Source: an uncultured Bdellovibrionales bacterium
GTDB lineage: Bacteria > Patescibacteriota > Minisyncoccia > Moranbacterales > UBA1568
Direction of reading: 5' to 3'
Length of the DNA: 64,000 nucleotides
NCBI GenBank assembly: GCA_964436855.1
Contig: CAYTED010000004.1
Coordinates: 67,627 to 131,626 of the forward strand
The notes under the pieces were generated by a model. The model was not told the DNA's origin. It ran no database searches and was given only the letters and a program-made list of their open reading frames with translations. Below, one piece after another: positions 1 to 7,690 of this stretch; position 1 is the stretch's first letter; the number at the start of each line of letters is the position of its first letter. The position numbers and the translations under genes were made by a program.

Positions 1-22
1 AAATTTGTGAAAACATACCCAT

Positions 23-1099
23 TCAACACTCTCGCTTCGCCATATATTCGGCCACTCCGGAAAAAAATTCATAGGACTCCCGAGGAATTTCTTTCTCGAG
101 AATACGGAGCGCCTTCATTCCGGTTTCAATAGAGTCATTCGCGATCGATCGAACCTCTTCAAGCGCGCCGGTTTCGAGAAGTTTCCGTCGAAACCACTCG
201 GCATCCGCGTCGGTCAACGCGGCTCCTTTTCGCAAAAGTTCCGATGCGTATTTTGCATCGGATCGAGAAAGTCTCTCAATCAGTGTCGCCACAAGAAGCG
301 TCATTTTCCCTTCCCGTAAATCCGACGCCGAAGACTTTCCCGTTCGTTCCGGTGATCCGAAAACGCCCAAGATATCATCCTGAATCTGAAACGCGATCCC
401 GATCGGAAGAGCGTATCGTTCAAACTTTTTCAACAAAGCGGGTTTTCCTCCGGCAAGAAGAAAACCGAGTGCGATCGGCCCCTCGAGAGTGTACTTCGCC
501 GTCTTGTATTCATACATTTTCAGAATATCGTCTCGAGACGCTTTTTTCCGATATTCGAAATAAACATCCTTCGCCTGACCGATCACCGTGTACGACACGA
601 TTTCTTGCAGTTTCGAAAGCGCCCGAAACACGCGCTCGTTCGGAAAACCGGATCGGAAAATAATATCGTTTCCAAACGCTCCCAACATATCGCCGATAAT
701 AATCGCGATAGAGTTTCCAAAATGTTCGGCATCCGTCTCGGGAAAATATCTCTTCGCAATCGCACGGTACCGCTCGTGAATGGTTGGAACACCGTGTCGA
801 ACCGTGTCGCGATCCATAATATCATCGTGGATGAGCAAAAAAAGATGGATCAATTCCACGCTCATCGACGTTTTGAGGATACGTTTCCGATCCGTACCGC
901 CCGCCGCAAGATACGCATAGTAAAGAAACGCCGCGCGCAGACGTTTTCCGCCGGAGAGCGCGATCTCTTCGACCGCCCGAAGCGCATCGGCCACGAATCG
1001 GTCGTGTTTTCCCGCCTCTTGTATGGCCGAGTCAAGATAGGCTTCAATTTTTGGATCAAGAGTCTTTTTGAATTCTTCGAGTGTCTTCCGAATATCCAT
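23..1099 (-). CDS. Polyprenyl diphosphate synthase (geranylgeranyl/farnesyl diphosphate synthase family)
   Basis: ORF track 23..1120. Two Asp-rich motifs (LIHDDIMD and FQIQDDILG) typical of trans-isoprenyl diphosphate synthases. Start set at the MDIRK ATG (1097-1099). Confidence 0.8.
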   Translation of the reverse strand: MDIRKTLEEFKKTLDPKIEAYLDSAIQEAGKHDRFVADALRAVEEIALSGGKRLRAAFLYYAYLAAGGTDRKRILKTSMSVELIHLFLLIHDDIMDRDTVRHGVPTIHERYRAIAKRYFPETDAEHFGNSIAIIIGDMLGAFGNDIIFRSGFPNERVFRALSKLQEIVSYTVIGQAKDVYFEYRKKASRDDILKMYEYKTAKYTLEGPIALGFLLAGGKPALLKKFERYALPIGIAFQIQDDILGVFGSPERTGKSSASDLREGKMTLLVATLIERLSRSDAKYASELLRKGAALTDADAEWFRRKLLETGALEEVRSIANDSIETGMKALRILEKEIPRESYEFFSGVAEYMAKREC

Positions 1100-1180
1100 A
1101 CGCAAACCAAAAAACAACAATGCACGAATTGTAGCAGAAATAAAACAAAAAACAACAAACGTCTCCGATCGAAAACAAGA

Positions 1181-1906
1181 TCAGTTGCGCTCGTCCGGAA
1201 ACACAAAAAACTCTTGATACCGGCGATAGAGCTCAAGCGTTGCCCGCAAATCCCGCGCGTTGTATTTGGCAATTTCTTTATACCGTCCCTCCTGAAACAG
1301 CCGACGCACATCGTCCCCCGTTACACCCTGCGCCTTCGGACTCTCAGTTCCGAACGCCCGTGTCCAGAGATGCAAACTTCCCTTCCGTCGCACCGCTCCA
1401 TAAAAAGACAGCTGATCCAAAAGATCAACATGCTTCGCGTTCCACGGCATATAATTCAAATACCGATTCGCAAGAAGATTCTTCGTCGGCTTGATACCGT
1501 GCACCGCCGAGCGTGTCCAGAGGAACGGCACATCGAATCCGCGCCCATTGAACGTAACAAACGTATCGTACTTAAGAGCAATCTGCCAAAATTTCTCAAG
1601 CATCTCCTTCTCGGAAAGCGCCTCGTATTTGCAATTCTCTTCCTCGAAATCCGTATCCTCCGTATTTGCCGGCTGATAATACACCGCCGCTTTCTCGCGT
1701 TCCGCATCAAGGACACCAATCGCGACAATCTGTCCCGTCAGCGGCGAAAACCCGAGTCCGTCCTCCAAGTCCTTAAGCGCCATCTCGTACTCGTCCTCGC
1801 TGTATGATTCACGCTTCATCCAATGGGTGAGATTTTCTTTCGTCGTCTCATCCATCGCCGAAAAATCCTCCCCGACTGTCTCGATATCGAAAATAAGAGT
1901 GGCCAT
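1181..1906 (-). CDS. Predicted 3'-5' exonuclease, RNase H-like, PolB-exonuclease-related (DEDDy type)
   Basis: FDIET(V) N-terminal motif and a YNARD motif near the C-terminus. Resembles the PolB-exo-like family. Confidence 0.6.
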   Translation of the reverse strand: MATLIFDIETVGEDFSAMDETTKENLTHWMKRESYSEDEYEMALKDLEDGLGFSPLTGQIVAIGVLDAEREKAAVYYQPANTEDTDFEEENCKYEALSEKEMLEKFWQIALKYDTFVTFNGRGFDVPFLWTRSAVHGIKPTKNLLANRYLNYMPWNAKHVDLLDQLSFYGAVRRKGSLHLWTRAFGTESPKAQGVTGDDVRRLFQEGRYKEIAKYNARDLRATLELYRRYQEFFVFPDERN

Positions 1907-2197
1907 AGGTCAATGAAAATTACTGTGTAGCCCGTATCGGAGCACACCTCGAACTCCGAATGGTAAAACCCGGGGAGAGACTCCGGCAGAAATTCGGAAT
2001 CTTGGAAGCATCATCTCCCGCCTCCTCTACGAGGAAGCGCGCGAGGAGACAATTTGAAAAAGAGGTGAGAAGGATATATGTCGTTTACTCCTCTCTTTCG
2101 AAACGTCGACGAGTCCGAAACAAGGCACAGGGAGATGCTTCCAGAGTTTCGGGCGCCTGAACAATTGCTCCGTGTGATATTTCGAACAAGAAGATTC

Positions 2198-2539
2198 TCA
2201 AGCGCGAGCGGAAGAGAGGGGTTTCAATCCGAGATGCTTTTCGATGCGGACAACGCGCTTCTCGACGGCGGAAGTGTGTTGGTAATTTCCGTCGACTTGG
2301 TTTTGGGTGCGATCGTCAATGCGGGTCACCTTGCAATCGAGGTCTTTGACTTGAGTGTCGAGACTATCGACTTTTGTTTCCAGAACATCAAAACGGCTTT
2401 CGAGACTATCGACTTTTGTTTCAAGAGAATCAATCCGACCATTCACAGACCGGAAACCAACACCCATCTGTTCATGGACACGATCAAATTCTCCTTTGAT
2501 CATCGCGGCAAGTTCATCGACGGTGATTTCGTTTGACAT
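2198..2539 (-). CDS. Hypothetical coiled-coil protein with an internal tandem repeat
   Basis: 113-aa ORF with heptad-like repeats (IDSLETKVDSLESRFDVLETKVDSLDTQVKDLD). A DNA tandem repeat lies at 2358-2424. An antisense ORF (2078..2536 +) carries a strong SD, so strand assignment is uncertain. Confidence 0.35.
   Translation of the reverse strand: MSNEITVDELAAMIKGEFDRVHEQMGVGFRSVNGRIDSLETKVDSLESRFDVLETKVDSLDTQVKDLDCKVTRIDDRTQNQVDGNYQHTSAVEKRVVRIEKHLGLKPLSSARA
2358..2424. repeat. Direct repeat of a 22-nt unit (cgagactatcgacttttgtttc) two copies 41 nt apart inside the coiled-coil ORF
   Basis: Read directly in the sequence at 2360-2381 and 2401-2422. Confidence 0.7.
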
Positions 2540-2728
2540 AGCTTCAGGTGAATATTGTTTCGTTCCTTTTCAGCTTACTCGTTTTGATTATCTTGTCAAA
2601 GAGAGGGTATGCGTGAGAAATGCGGGTGATAGGAGGTGAAAAGGTGCTGCCCGAGCAACACGGGGAAACCGCTTGTGGGAGGAGTAAGTCAGATACCGTG
2701 GTGAAAACGTGCCAATCTGGCAACAAAG

Positions 2729-2800
2729 TAGCCCTAAGGGGAATCGAACCCCTCTTTTCAGGATGAGAACCTGATGTCCTAGCCGATAGACGATAGGGCC
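2729..2800 (-). tRNA. tRNA-Glu (anticodon CTC)
   Basis: Manual cloverleaf: acceptor GGCCCTA/TAGGGCT with G1-U72, anticodon stem TCAGG/CCTGA, loop TTCTCAT, T-loop GGTTCGATTCC. No encoded CCA. Confidence 0.8.
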
Positions 2801-2818
2801 ATGCTTCAATTTTCAAAT

Positions 2819-2890
2819 GCAGGGGAGGAAGGAATCGGACCCTCGCTAGCGGATTTGGAGTCCGCTGTTCTACCACTAAACTACTCCCCC
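2819..2890 (-). tRNA. tRNA-Trp (anticodon CCA)
   Basis: Manual cloverleaf: acceptor GGGGGAG, anticodon stem GCGGA/TCCGC, loop CTCCAAA, T-loop TCCGATT. Confidence 0.8.
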
Positions 2891-2896
2891 GTTATT

Positions 2897-3553
2897 TTAT
2901 AATATCTCAGTCAGCTTCTTTATAATAAACATTAATTCCTTATAAATCCTAATATCTGAATACGTAACACTTACACAGCCCTGATAATTTTCTTTTTTAT
3001 TTTTTCCAGAGTTTTTCTTTTGGTATGACTTATGAAATTGCTCAACAGGAATACTTGTTACAGCTGACCAAAATCTAACCTGCTCTTCAATATTATGATA
3101 CTCATGCACATGAACAAGCGCTCTAAATTTTTTCTCGTCAAGATCAAAAGAGTCTCTAAACACTCGAAGGAAATATTTTATCATTACTGGATCCGCATTG
3201 ATAAAAGATACCGAAGCATTGCCATTATACTTTGACCCCTCACCCCAATAGAGCAACGCGCACGCAATACGAGAATCAATTCTCTGAGATCGAGAAGTAA
3301 AATATTCTTCTACTTTTCTTGCTATTTCCACATCCTCTGCTACTCTCTTTGCTTTATTTGTTTCAACCGCCTTCTTTCGTCCATTGACACCCAAATCACG
3401 TATCCTCTTCTGAGCTTTTCTTGATAACTTTACATCTCTCAACCACAAGCTTGTCGTGCTTTTTGCAATGCCCAACTGATCGCTTATCTCTCGAAAAGAA
3501 TATCCCTGTTTGCGAAGGGCGATCGCTTTCTTCTTTTCACTTCTTTCAAACAT
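2897..3553 (-). CDS. HTH-domain protein with a LAGLIDADG-like motif (putative homing-endonuclease-type nuclease); AT-rich insertion
   Basis: N-terminal helix-turn-helix (GYSFREISDQLGIAKSTTSLWLRD). Central LLYWGEGSKYNG resembles a LAGLIDADG endonuclease block. The gene is clearly more AT-rich than the flanks and lies between tRNA-Trp and rpmG. Confidence 0.4.
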   Translation of the reverse strand: MFERSEKKKAIALRKQGYSFREISDQLGIAKSTTSLWLRDVKLSRKAQKRIRDLGVNGRKKAVETNKAKRVAEDVEIARKVEEYFTSRSQRIDSRIACALLYWGEGSKYNGNASVSFINADPVMIKYFLRVFRDSFDLDEKKFRALVHVHEYHNIEEQVRFWSAVTSIPVEQFHKSYQKKNSGKNKKENYQGCVSVTYSDIRIYKELMFIIKKLTEIL

Positions 3554-3609
3554 AGACCATGAATACTAGTTATTCAACTAGTATTCATTATATCACAAAA
3601 ACAAAGAAT

Positions 3610-3750
3610 TTATTTCCCCTCCGTATGAGTCGTGTGCTTCTTGCAAAATTTGCAATGCTTTTTCAGTTCGAGCTTTTCCTTCACCTTTTTCTTGTTGCGC
3701 TGGGTATAGTAAGTAATCCGACCACATTCGGAACACTTCATCTTCGCCAT
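3610..3750 (-). CDS. rpmG: 50S ribosomal protein L33
   Basis: MAKMKCSECGRITYYTQRNKKKVKEKLELKKHCKFCKKHTTHTEGK matches the L33 zinc-ribbon pattern (C-x2-C ... C-x2-C, KLELKKxC). The ORF track extends to 3891, but that N-terminal extension is implausible. Confidence 0.85.
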   Translation of the reverse strand: MAKMKCSECGRITYYTQRNKKKVKEKLELKKHCKFCKKHTTHTEGK

Positions 3751-3868
3751 ATTGTCTTTAATCTGTCCCATAGTATTCTCTCTCGATAAATTCAATAACT
3801 CCGGCATTGTACGGAAAAAAATCTTTTTCGTCAACCGCCCATCGATCTTTCCAAAAAATACACCAACT

Positions 3869-3887
3869 TGAGCCGTTGACCGGGATT
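3869..3887. repeat. 19-nt direct repeat of the 3' end of tRNA-Thr(GGT) (tgagccgttgaccgggatt); second copy at 4048-4066 inside the tRNA
   Basis: Exact 19/19 match seen in the sequence. The upstream copy lacks the rest of the tRNA. Confidence 0.85.
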
Positions 3888-3893
3888 TCACAT

Positions 3894-3909
3894 CTCCGCC
3901 AACTGGCGG
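3894..3909. promoter_or_regulatory. Perfect palindrome TCCGCCA-AC-TGGCGGA upstream of rpmG; near-identical copy at 19662-19677
   Basis: 7-bp inverted half-sites with a 2-nt spacer. The second copy has one mismatch (TGGCAGA) and lies about 70 nt upstream of the VirD4-like gene. Confidence 0.4.
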
Positions 3910-4049
3910 ATCTTCATAGGGCTTCCGCCCTCTGACGCTTCGCTGTCACCCCAAACGGGAAACTTCCGTTTCCCGACCCCTTCCCCGTTCAATCCCATCC
4001 ATCCCCTTTGCTTGGTATTGCCACATTCACTATCCATTTCATTCTTCTG

Positions 4050-4122
4050 AGCCGTTGACCGGGATTGAACCGGTGACCTCGTCATTACCAATGACGTGCT
4101 CTACCAACTGAGCTACAACGGC
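4050..4122 (-). tRNA. tRNA-Thr (anticodon GGT)
   Basis: Manual cloverleaf: acceptor GCCGTTG/CAACGGC, anticodon stem CGTCA/TGACG, loop TTGGTAA, T-arm ACCGG-TTCAATC-CCGGT. Confidence 0.8.
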
Positions 4123-4149
4123 GTATTCAAATAATTCTTCAGTTGATTC

Positions 4150-4374
4150 TTAATAAATCGTCGCTGAACCAGATTTCAAAAATTTCTCTCTCCCAAGGGC
4201 ATCAAATGTATTTCGGTACATTTCACAATAAATAATTCGCCAACTACCCTCTATCTTTTTTGTATAAGCAGACTTCTTGTGATTGTGTTTATGCAACCTT
4301 CTATTGATATCAGTAGTAAATCCACTATACCAACTTTGATTCAATAAATTTTCCAAAATGTAAACGTAATACAT
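4150..4374 (-). CDS. GIY-YIG nuclease superfamily protein (YhbQ/UPF0213-like)
   Basis: YYVYILE...WYSGFTTDINRRLHKHN matches the GIY-YIG core. Small AT-rich gene inserted between tRNA-Tyr and tRNA-Thr. Confidence 0.65.
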   Translation of the reverse strand: MYYVYILENLLNQSWYSGFTTDINRRLHKHNHKKSAYTKKIEGSWRIIYCEMYRNTFDALGREKFLKSGSATIY

Positions 4375-4497
4375 ATCGACTGCGCCGCGTGATCGACGAG
4401 CTTGACTGTTTTTCTTCCCGTAAAATCATCTACGAAAAACGGAGATGATCACGAGACGCTTCAACACCACTCACTAGAAGCTCGTGATTTTACGCGG

Positions 4498-4580
4498 TGG
4501 GTAGGGAGGGATTCGAACCCCCGTAGCCCGAAGGCGAGAGATTTACAGTCTCTTGTATTTGACCGCTCTACCACCTACCC
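4498..4580 (-). tRNA. tRNA-Tyr (anticodon GTA), type II with long variable arm
   Basis: Acceptor GGGTAGG/CCTACCC, anticodon stem AGAGA/TCTCT, loop CTGTAAA, long variable arm CGCCTTCGGGCTACG, T-loop TTCGAAT, 3-bp D-stem. Confidence 0.8.
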
Positions 4581-4669
4581 ATTTACTCTCAACTCATTAA
4601 TGAACAAGTTGCGAATAAAAGAATTTTCATTCGTTCATTCGCAATCTGTTAAAATATAATTTCCAATTG

Positions 4670-4741
4670 AGCCACCTCTCGGATTTGAACCGAGGACCAA
4701 CGGTTTACAAAACCGCTGCTCTACCACTGAGCTAAGGTGGC
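4670..4741 (-). tRNA. tRNA-Thr (anticodon TGT)
   Basis: Acceptor GCCACCT/AGGTGGC, anticodon loop TTTGTAA, T-arm CTCGG-TTCAAAT-CCGAG. Confidence 0.75.
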
Positions 4742-4798
4742 TTTCTGACAAGACATAAGAACACCGTATCATATCAACCACCGAACTGAAAAGAGTTC

Positions 4799-5653
4799 CT
4801 ACCCGCGCTCCTCGATCATCCGTTCAAGTCGACGAATCTTCATTTTCACGGAACGATGCACCGGGGAGAGCTTGAGCACCTGTTTATAACAAGACTTCGC
4901 GTCATTTACATTTCCCATCTCGAGATAGAAGTCTCCAAGCGCTTCATACGCCGACACGCTTTTCGGATTGGCGGCAATTTTTTTGATCAACGCGTTTTCT
5001 CGAAGCGCATTTTCGCGATCACGCTCACGCTTCTGTTCAAGTTCCTCGGGAACCGCCGCCGCCTCCGTTACCATCGGGCGCGAAGAAGTCGCCTCCGTGT
5101 CCGTTTGCGTTTCTTTTGGTACCGTATCCGGCAAAGCGGTAGAACGATCAACCGGCGATGCAGCCGAAGTCTCCGGATGCGTATTTTCGCTTTGAAGATA
5201 CGACTCGAGACTTTTTGAATCCACCTCCTCGAGTTTTTCCTCCGTTAATTTCCTTCGGCGCGCAAAAAACGGAAAAGCTGTTTGTTCTTTTTGAGGAAGT
5301 TTTTTTTCTGCAGGCACATCGCTTGACCCCGCCTGTTCCCTCGTAGGCTCTGTCGTTTCGATCTTTCGCTCAAGGAGACTCTTCCGTTTTCGTTTGATCC
5401 CCTGACTCGCGGAATGAAACGCATTATGCGCCCGGAGCGAAAGCACTTTGAGCACGTGTGTCGCCCGATCCAAAAACTGAAGTCCGTACTGACGAATCAC
5501 CCGAAGAATCGCCGATCCGGATTCGTCGGAACGACGCGAAAGTGATTCCATACGCTCAAGAACGGACGGTTCCGAGGCTCTCTTTGCGAGAAACCAAACA
5601 AGAAACGCCATCAAGAGAACGACAATAAAAGGAGGCGCGATAAGATACCACAT
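4799..5653 (-). CDS. Membrane-anchored protein with C-terminal TPR-like repeat
   Basis: ORF track 4799..5776. Start moved to the MWYL ATG after the tsf stop. One TM helix (LIAPPFIVVLLMAFLVWFL), and a C-terminal TPR-like AYEALGDFYLEMGNVNDAKSCYKQVLKLSP. Confidence 0.5.
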   Translation of the reverse strand: MWYLIAPPFIVVLLMAFLVWFLAKRASEPSVLERMESLSRRSDESGSAILRVIRQYGLQFLDRATHVLKVLSLRAHNAFHSASQGIKRKRKSLLERKIETTEPTREQAGSSDVPAEKKLPQKEQTAFPFFARRRKLTEEKLEEVDSKSLESYLQSENTHPETSAASPVDRSTALPDTVPKETQTDTEATSSRPMVTEAAAVPEELEQKRERDRENALRENALIKKIAANPKSVSAYEALGDFYLEMGNVNDAKSCYKQVLKLSPVHRSVKMKIRRLERMIEERG

Positions 5654-5696
5654 AGATTCCCCCGAATCCGGGAAACAAACATTTCCTTCGACTGAA

Positions 5697-6281
5697 TTAC
5701 AATTCGAACCGAACAAACCCTCCAACTTGAATATTCTCACCGATCTTCTGAATTTTTTCGGTAAGCAATTCTTCAACCGTTTTCGACGAGTCTTTCACGA
5801 ACGCCTGCGTAAGAAGCGCGTGCTCTTCCCGATACCGCTTTTCTTTCCCGATCAGAATTTTTTCCGCAATTTCCGCCGGTTTTCCTTCGCGGGCCGTTTC
5901 TTCTTGCCAGAAAACCTTTTCCCGCTCGATTTCTTCCGCCGGCACATCGTCCGGTTTGACATATTTTGGATTCATCGCCGCGATCTGCATCGCGAGGTCG
6001 CGTCCAAGCTCTACAAATTCTTCATTACGCGCGACAAAATCCGTCTCGCAAAGAAGTTTCACAAGCACGCCGACTTTCCCGTTTGAATGCACGTACGACG
6101 CGACGACTCCTTCTCCCGCTTCACGGTCGGATTTCTTTTCCGCTTTCGCCTTCCCCTTGAGACGAAGAATATCGATCGCCTTTGCCTCGTCGTCCCCCGC
6201 TTCCTCAAGCGCCTTCTTGACATCGACAATGCCCGCGCCGGTCTTCTCGCGAAGCGCCTTTACTTGTTCGAGTGTTGCCAT
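5697..6281 (-). CDS. tsf: Elongation factor Ts (short form)
   Basis: MATLEQVKALREKTGAGIVDVKKALEE N-terminus and an EF-Ts core. Sits directly downstream of rpsB (rpsB-tsf operon). Confidence 0.9.
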   Translation of the reverse strand: MATLEQVKALREKTGAGIVDVKKALEEAGDDEAKAIDILRLKGKAKAEKKSDREAGEGVVASYVHSNGKVGVLVKLLCETDFVARNEEFVELGRDLAMQIAAMNPKYVKPDDVPAEEIEREKVFWQEETAREGKPAEIAEKILIGKEKRYREEHALLTQAFVKDSSKTVEELLTEKIQKIGENIQVGGFVRFEL

Positions 6282-6310
6282 ATTTTTTTCTTTTTTTGAA
6301 AGTTATCGTT

Positions 6311-7075
6311 TTACTTCCCCGAAACGGCGTCCCGAACTTTCTTCCCCAGAAAGGAAAAGACGGCGTGAAGCGAAGAAATCGCGTCATCATTTGCGGGAAT
6401 CGGGTACTCAACAAGCGACGGATCGGCATTCGTATCGACAATCGCCGCAACCGGAACGCCCATCCGAGACGCTTCACGAAGCGCGAGTCCGGCCTCTTTC
6501 GCATCGGCAATCAGGATCGCTCCGGGCATTTCGCGCATTTCCTTTAATCCGCCCATTTTCTTTTCCAATCGTTCAAGCTCTTCGTTCTTTCTCGCGAGTT
6601 CGAATTTCGTCAAATGCTTGTATTCCCCGCGTTCAAGTTTGGCAAGTTCGTCTTTCAGGTATCGTGCGCGCTTTTCGATGCACGAAAAATTCGTAAGCGT
6701 CCCGCCAACCCATCGGTCGATCATAAACAAAAGACCGAGCTTCCCGGAAAACTCACGCACGATATCATGAGTCTGCTTTTTCATGCCGACCACAAGAAGC
6801 GGCTTTCCGCTTTTCGCCACCTGGGCAAGAAATTTCGCCGCGGATTCAAGCAGCGGAACGGTTTTCTCGAGATCGAGAATATCAATATTCTTCCGCGTCG
6901 TAAAAACATACGGCTTCATTTTCGGATGTCTCCGTGAAGAAAGGTGCCCAAAGTGAACACCGCTCTTCAAAAGCGCCTCGAGGTCAATCTTCGCCTCATC
7001 AAACTGAAACTCCGGAACAAACCGGTCATTCTTCATCGCTGTTTCGGCCGCGACCGCCGTTTGCGTCGTTTCCAT
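6311..7075 (-). CDS. rpsB: 30S ribosomal protein S2
   Basis: LKSGVHFGHLSSRRHPKMKPYVF and the rest is typical S2. rpsB-tsf synteny. Confidence 0.9.
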   Translation of the reverse strand: METTQTAVAAETAMKNDRFVPEFQFDEAKIDLEALLKSGVHFGHLSSRRHPKMKPYVFTTRKNIDILDLEKTVPLLESAAKFLAQVAKSGKPLLVVGMKKQTHDIVREFSGKLGLLFMIDRWVGGTLTNFSCIEKRARYLKDELAKLERGEYKHLTKFELARKNEELERLEKKMGGLKEMREMPGAILIADAKEAGLALREASRMGVPVAAIVDTNADPSLVEYPIPANDDAISSLHAVFSFLGKKVRDAVSGK

Positions 7076-7128
7076 AGACTTTTTATCCTTAATAAATTAC
7101 ACCTACGTCCTTCTCAAAATCCCCAAAA

Positions 7129-7144
7129 TTCCGAACGTTCGGAA
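7129..7144. promoter_or_regulatory. Perfect 16-bp palindrome TTCCGAACGTTCGGAA in the divergent rpsB / rpmE intergenic region
   Basis: Seen directly. Lies about 55 nt upstream of the rpsB start. Confidence 0.35.
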
Positions 7145-7286
7145 CAGGAAAGGGGGAGAAAAAACGTATGAATGATTGCCCTTCTTTTCGAAGGAAAAAC
7201 AACGGAGGGAGTATAGAAGAGAATCGCCCTCTTGTCAATTTTCTTTTTTCATGCTAACCTGTGAGGCATCCTCATATTTTACGTTT

Positions 7287-7568
7287 ATGAAAAAAGATAT
7301 TCACCCGGAATACCACGAAAAAACGACTATCACCTGCGCCTGCGGAGCCGTCTTTGAGACCGGCTCAACCGTAAAAGACGCAAAAATCGAAATCTGCTCG
7401 CAGTGCCATCCGTTCTATACCGGAAAGAAAAAATTCATAGATACGACCGGACGTGTCGATCGTTTCAAAAAACTCACCGAGCGTGCCAAAACTGCCCGCG
7501 AAGAACATCACTCAATCCGAACCAAAAAAGCCTCTCGAAAAGCGGCTGCCGAAAAAACCGAAAAATAG
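7287..7568 (+). CDS. rpmE: 50S ribosomal protein L31
   Basis: [47 protein letters not shown] is the L31 zinc-ribbon signature. The ORF track starts at 7176. The ATG at 7287 was chosen. Confidence 0.9.
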   Translation: MKKDIHPEYHEKTTITCACGAVFETGSTVKDAKIEICSQCHPFYTGKKKFIDTTGRVDRFKKLTERAKTAREEHHSIRTKKASRKAAAEKTEK

Positions 7569-7690
7569 ATTTCATCTCGCTGATGCGCCGTCCCGCCCCT
7601 TTTCGGGCGGGATTTGTGTTATAAATGAAAGGGGCAATATATACCGAATTAACGTCCCCTTCTCTGTCATTCATTATTCGCTCTCTGCAT

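Noticed and set aside
605-1807. 400-aa plus-strand ORF spanning the polyprenyl synthase and exonuclease genes
   Set aside because: It is antisense to two well-supported genes and has an Arg/Lys/Ser-rich nonsense composition.
1907-2197. Structured ncRNA (tmRNA/SRP/RNase P) in the 290-bp gap after the exonuclease gene
   Set aside because: No conserved motif of these RNAs could be matched by eye, so it is left unannotated.
2078-2536. Plus-strand 152-aa ORF with a strong SD (AAGAGGTGAG), antisense to the coiled-coil ORF
   Set aside because: Its F/S/R-rich composition looks like the antisense translation of a charged coiled coil. The minus-strand ORF was preferred, but with low confidence, and the strand call could be wrong.
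2544-2876. ORF-track ORFs (2544..2876 and 2588..2809, minus) overlapping tRNA-Glu and tRNA-Trp
   Set aside because: They lie on top of two well-formed tRNA cloverleaves and have odd composition, so they are spurious.
3891-4049. Possible tmRNA or other tRNA-like ncRNA between tRNA-Thr and rpmG
   Set aside because: Only the last 19 nt resemble a tRNA 3' end. No T-arm or acceptor pairing partner exists, and the 5' tmRNA consensus (GGGG...UUCGACGGG) is absent. Kept as an att-like repeat finding instead.
3888-4091. 67-aa ORF overlapping tRNA-Thr(GGT) and the hairpin-rich spacer
   Set aside because: It overlaps a tRNA gene, has no RBS, and its Gly/Trp-rich translation is not protein-like.
4402-4659. 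85-aa plus-strand ORF across tRNA-Tyr
   Set aside because: It is antisense to a tRNA and translated from the tRNA sequence itself.
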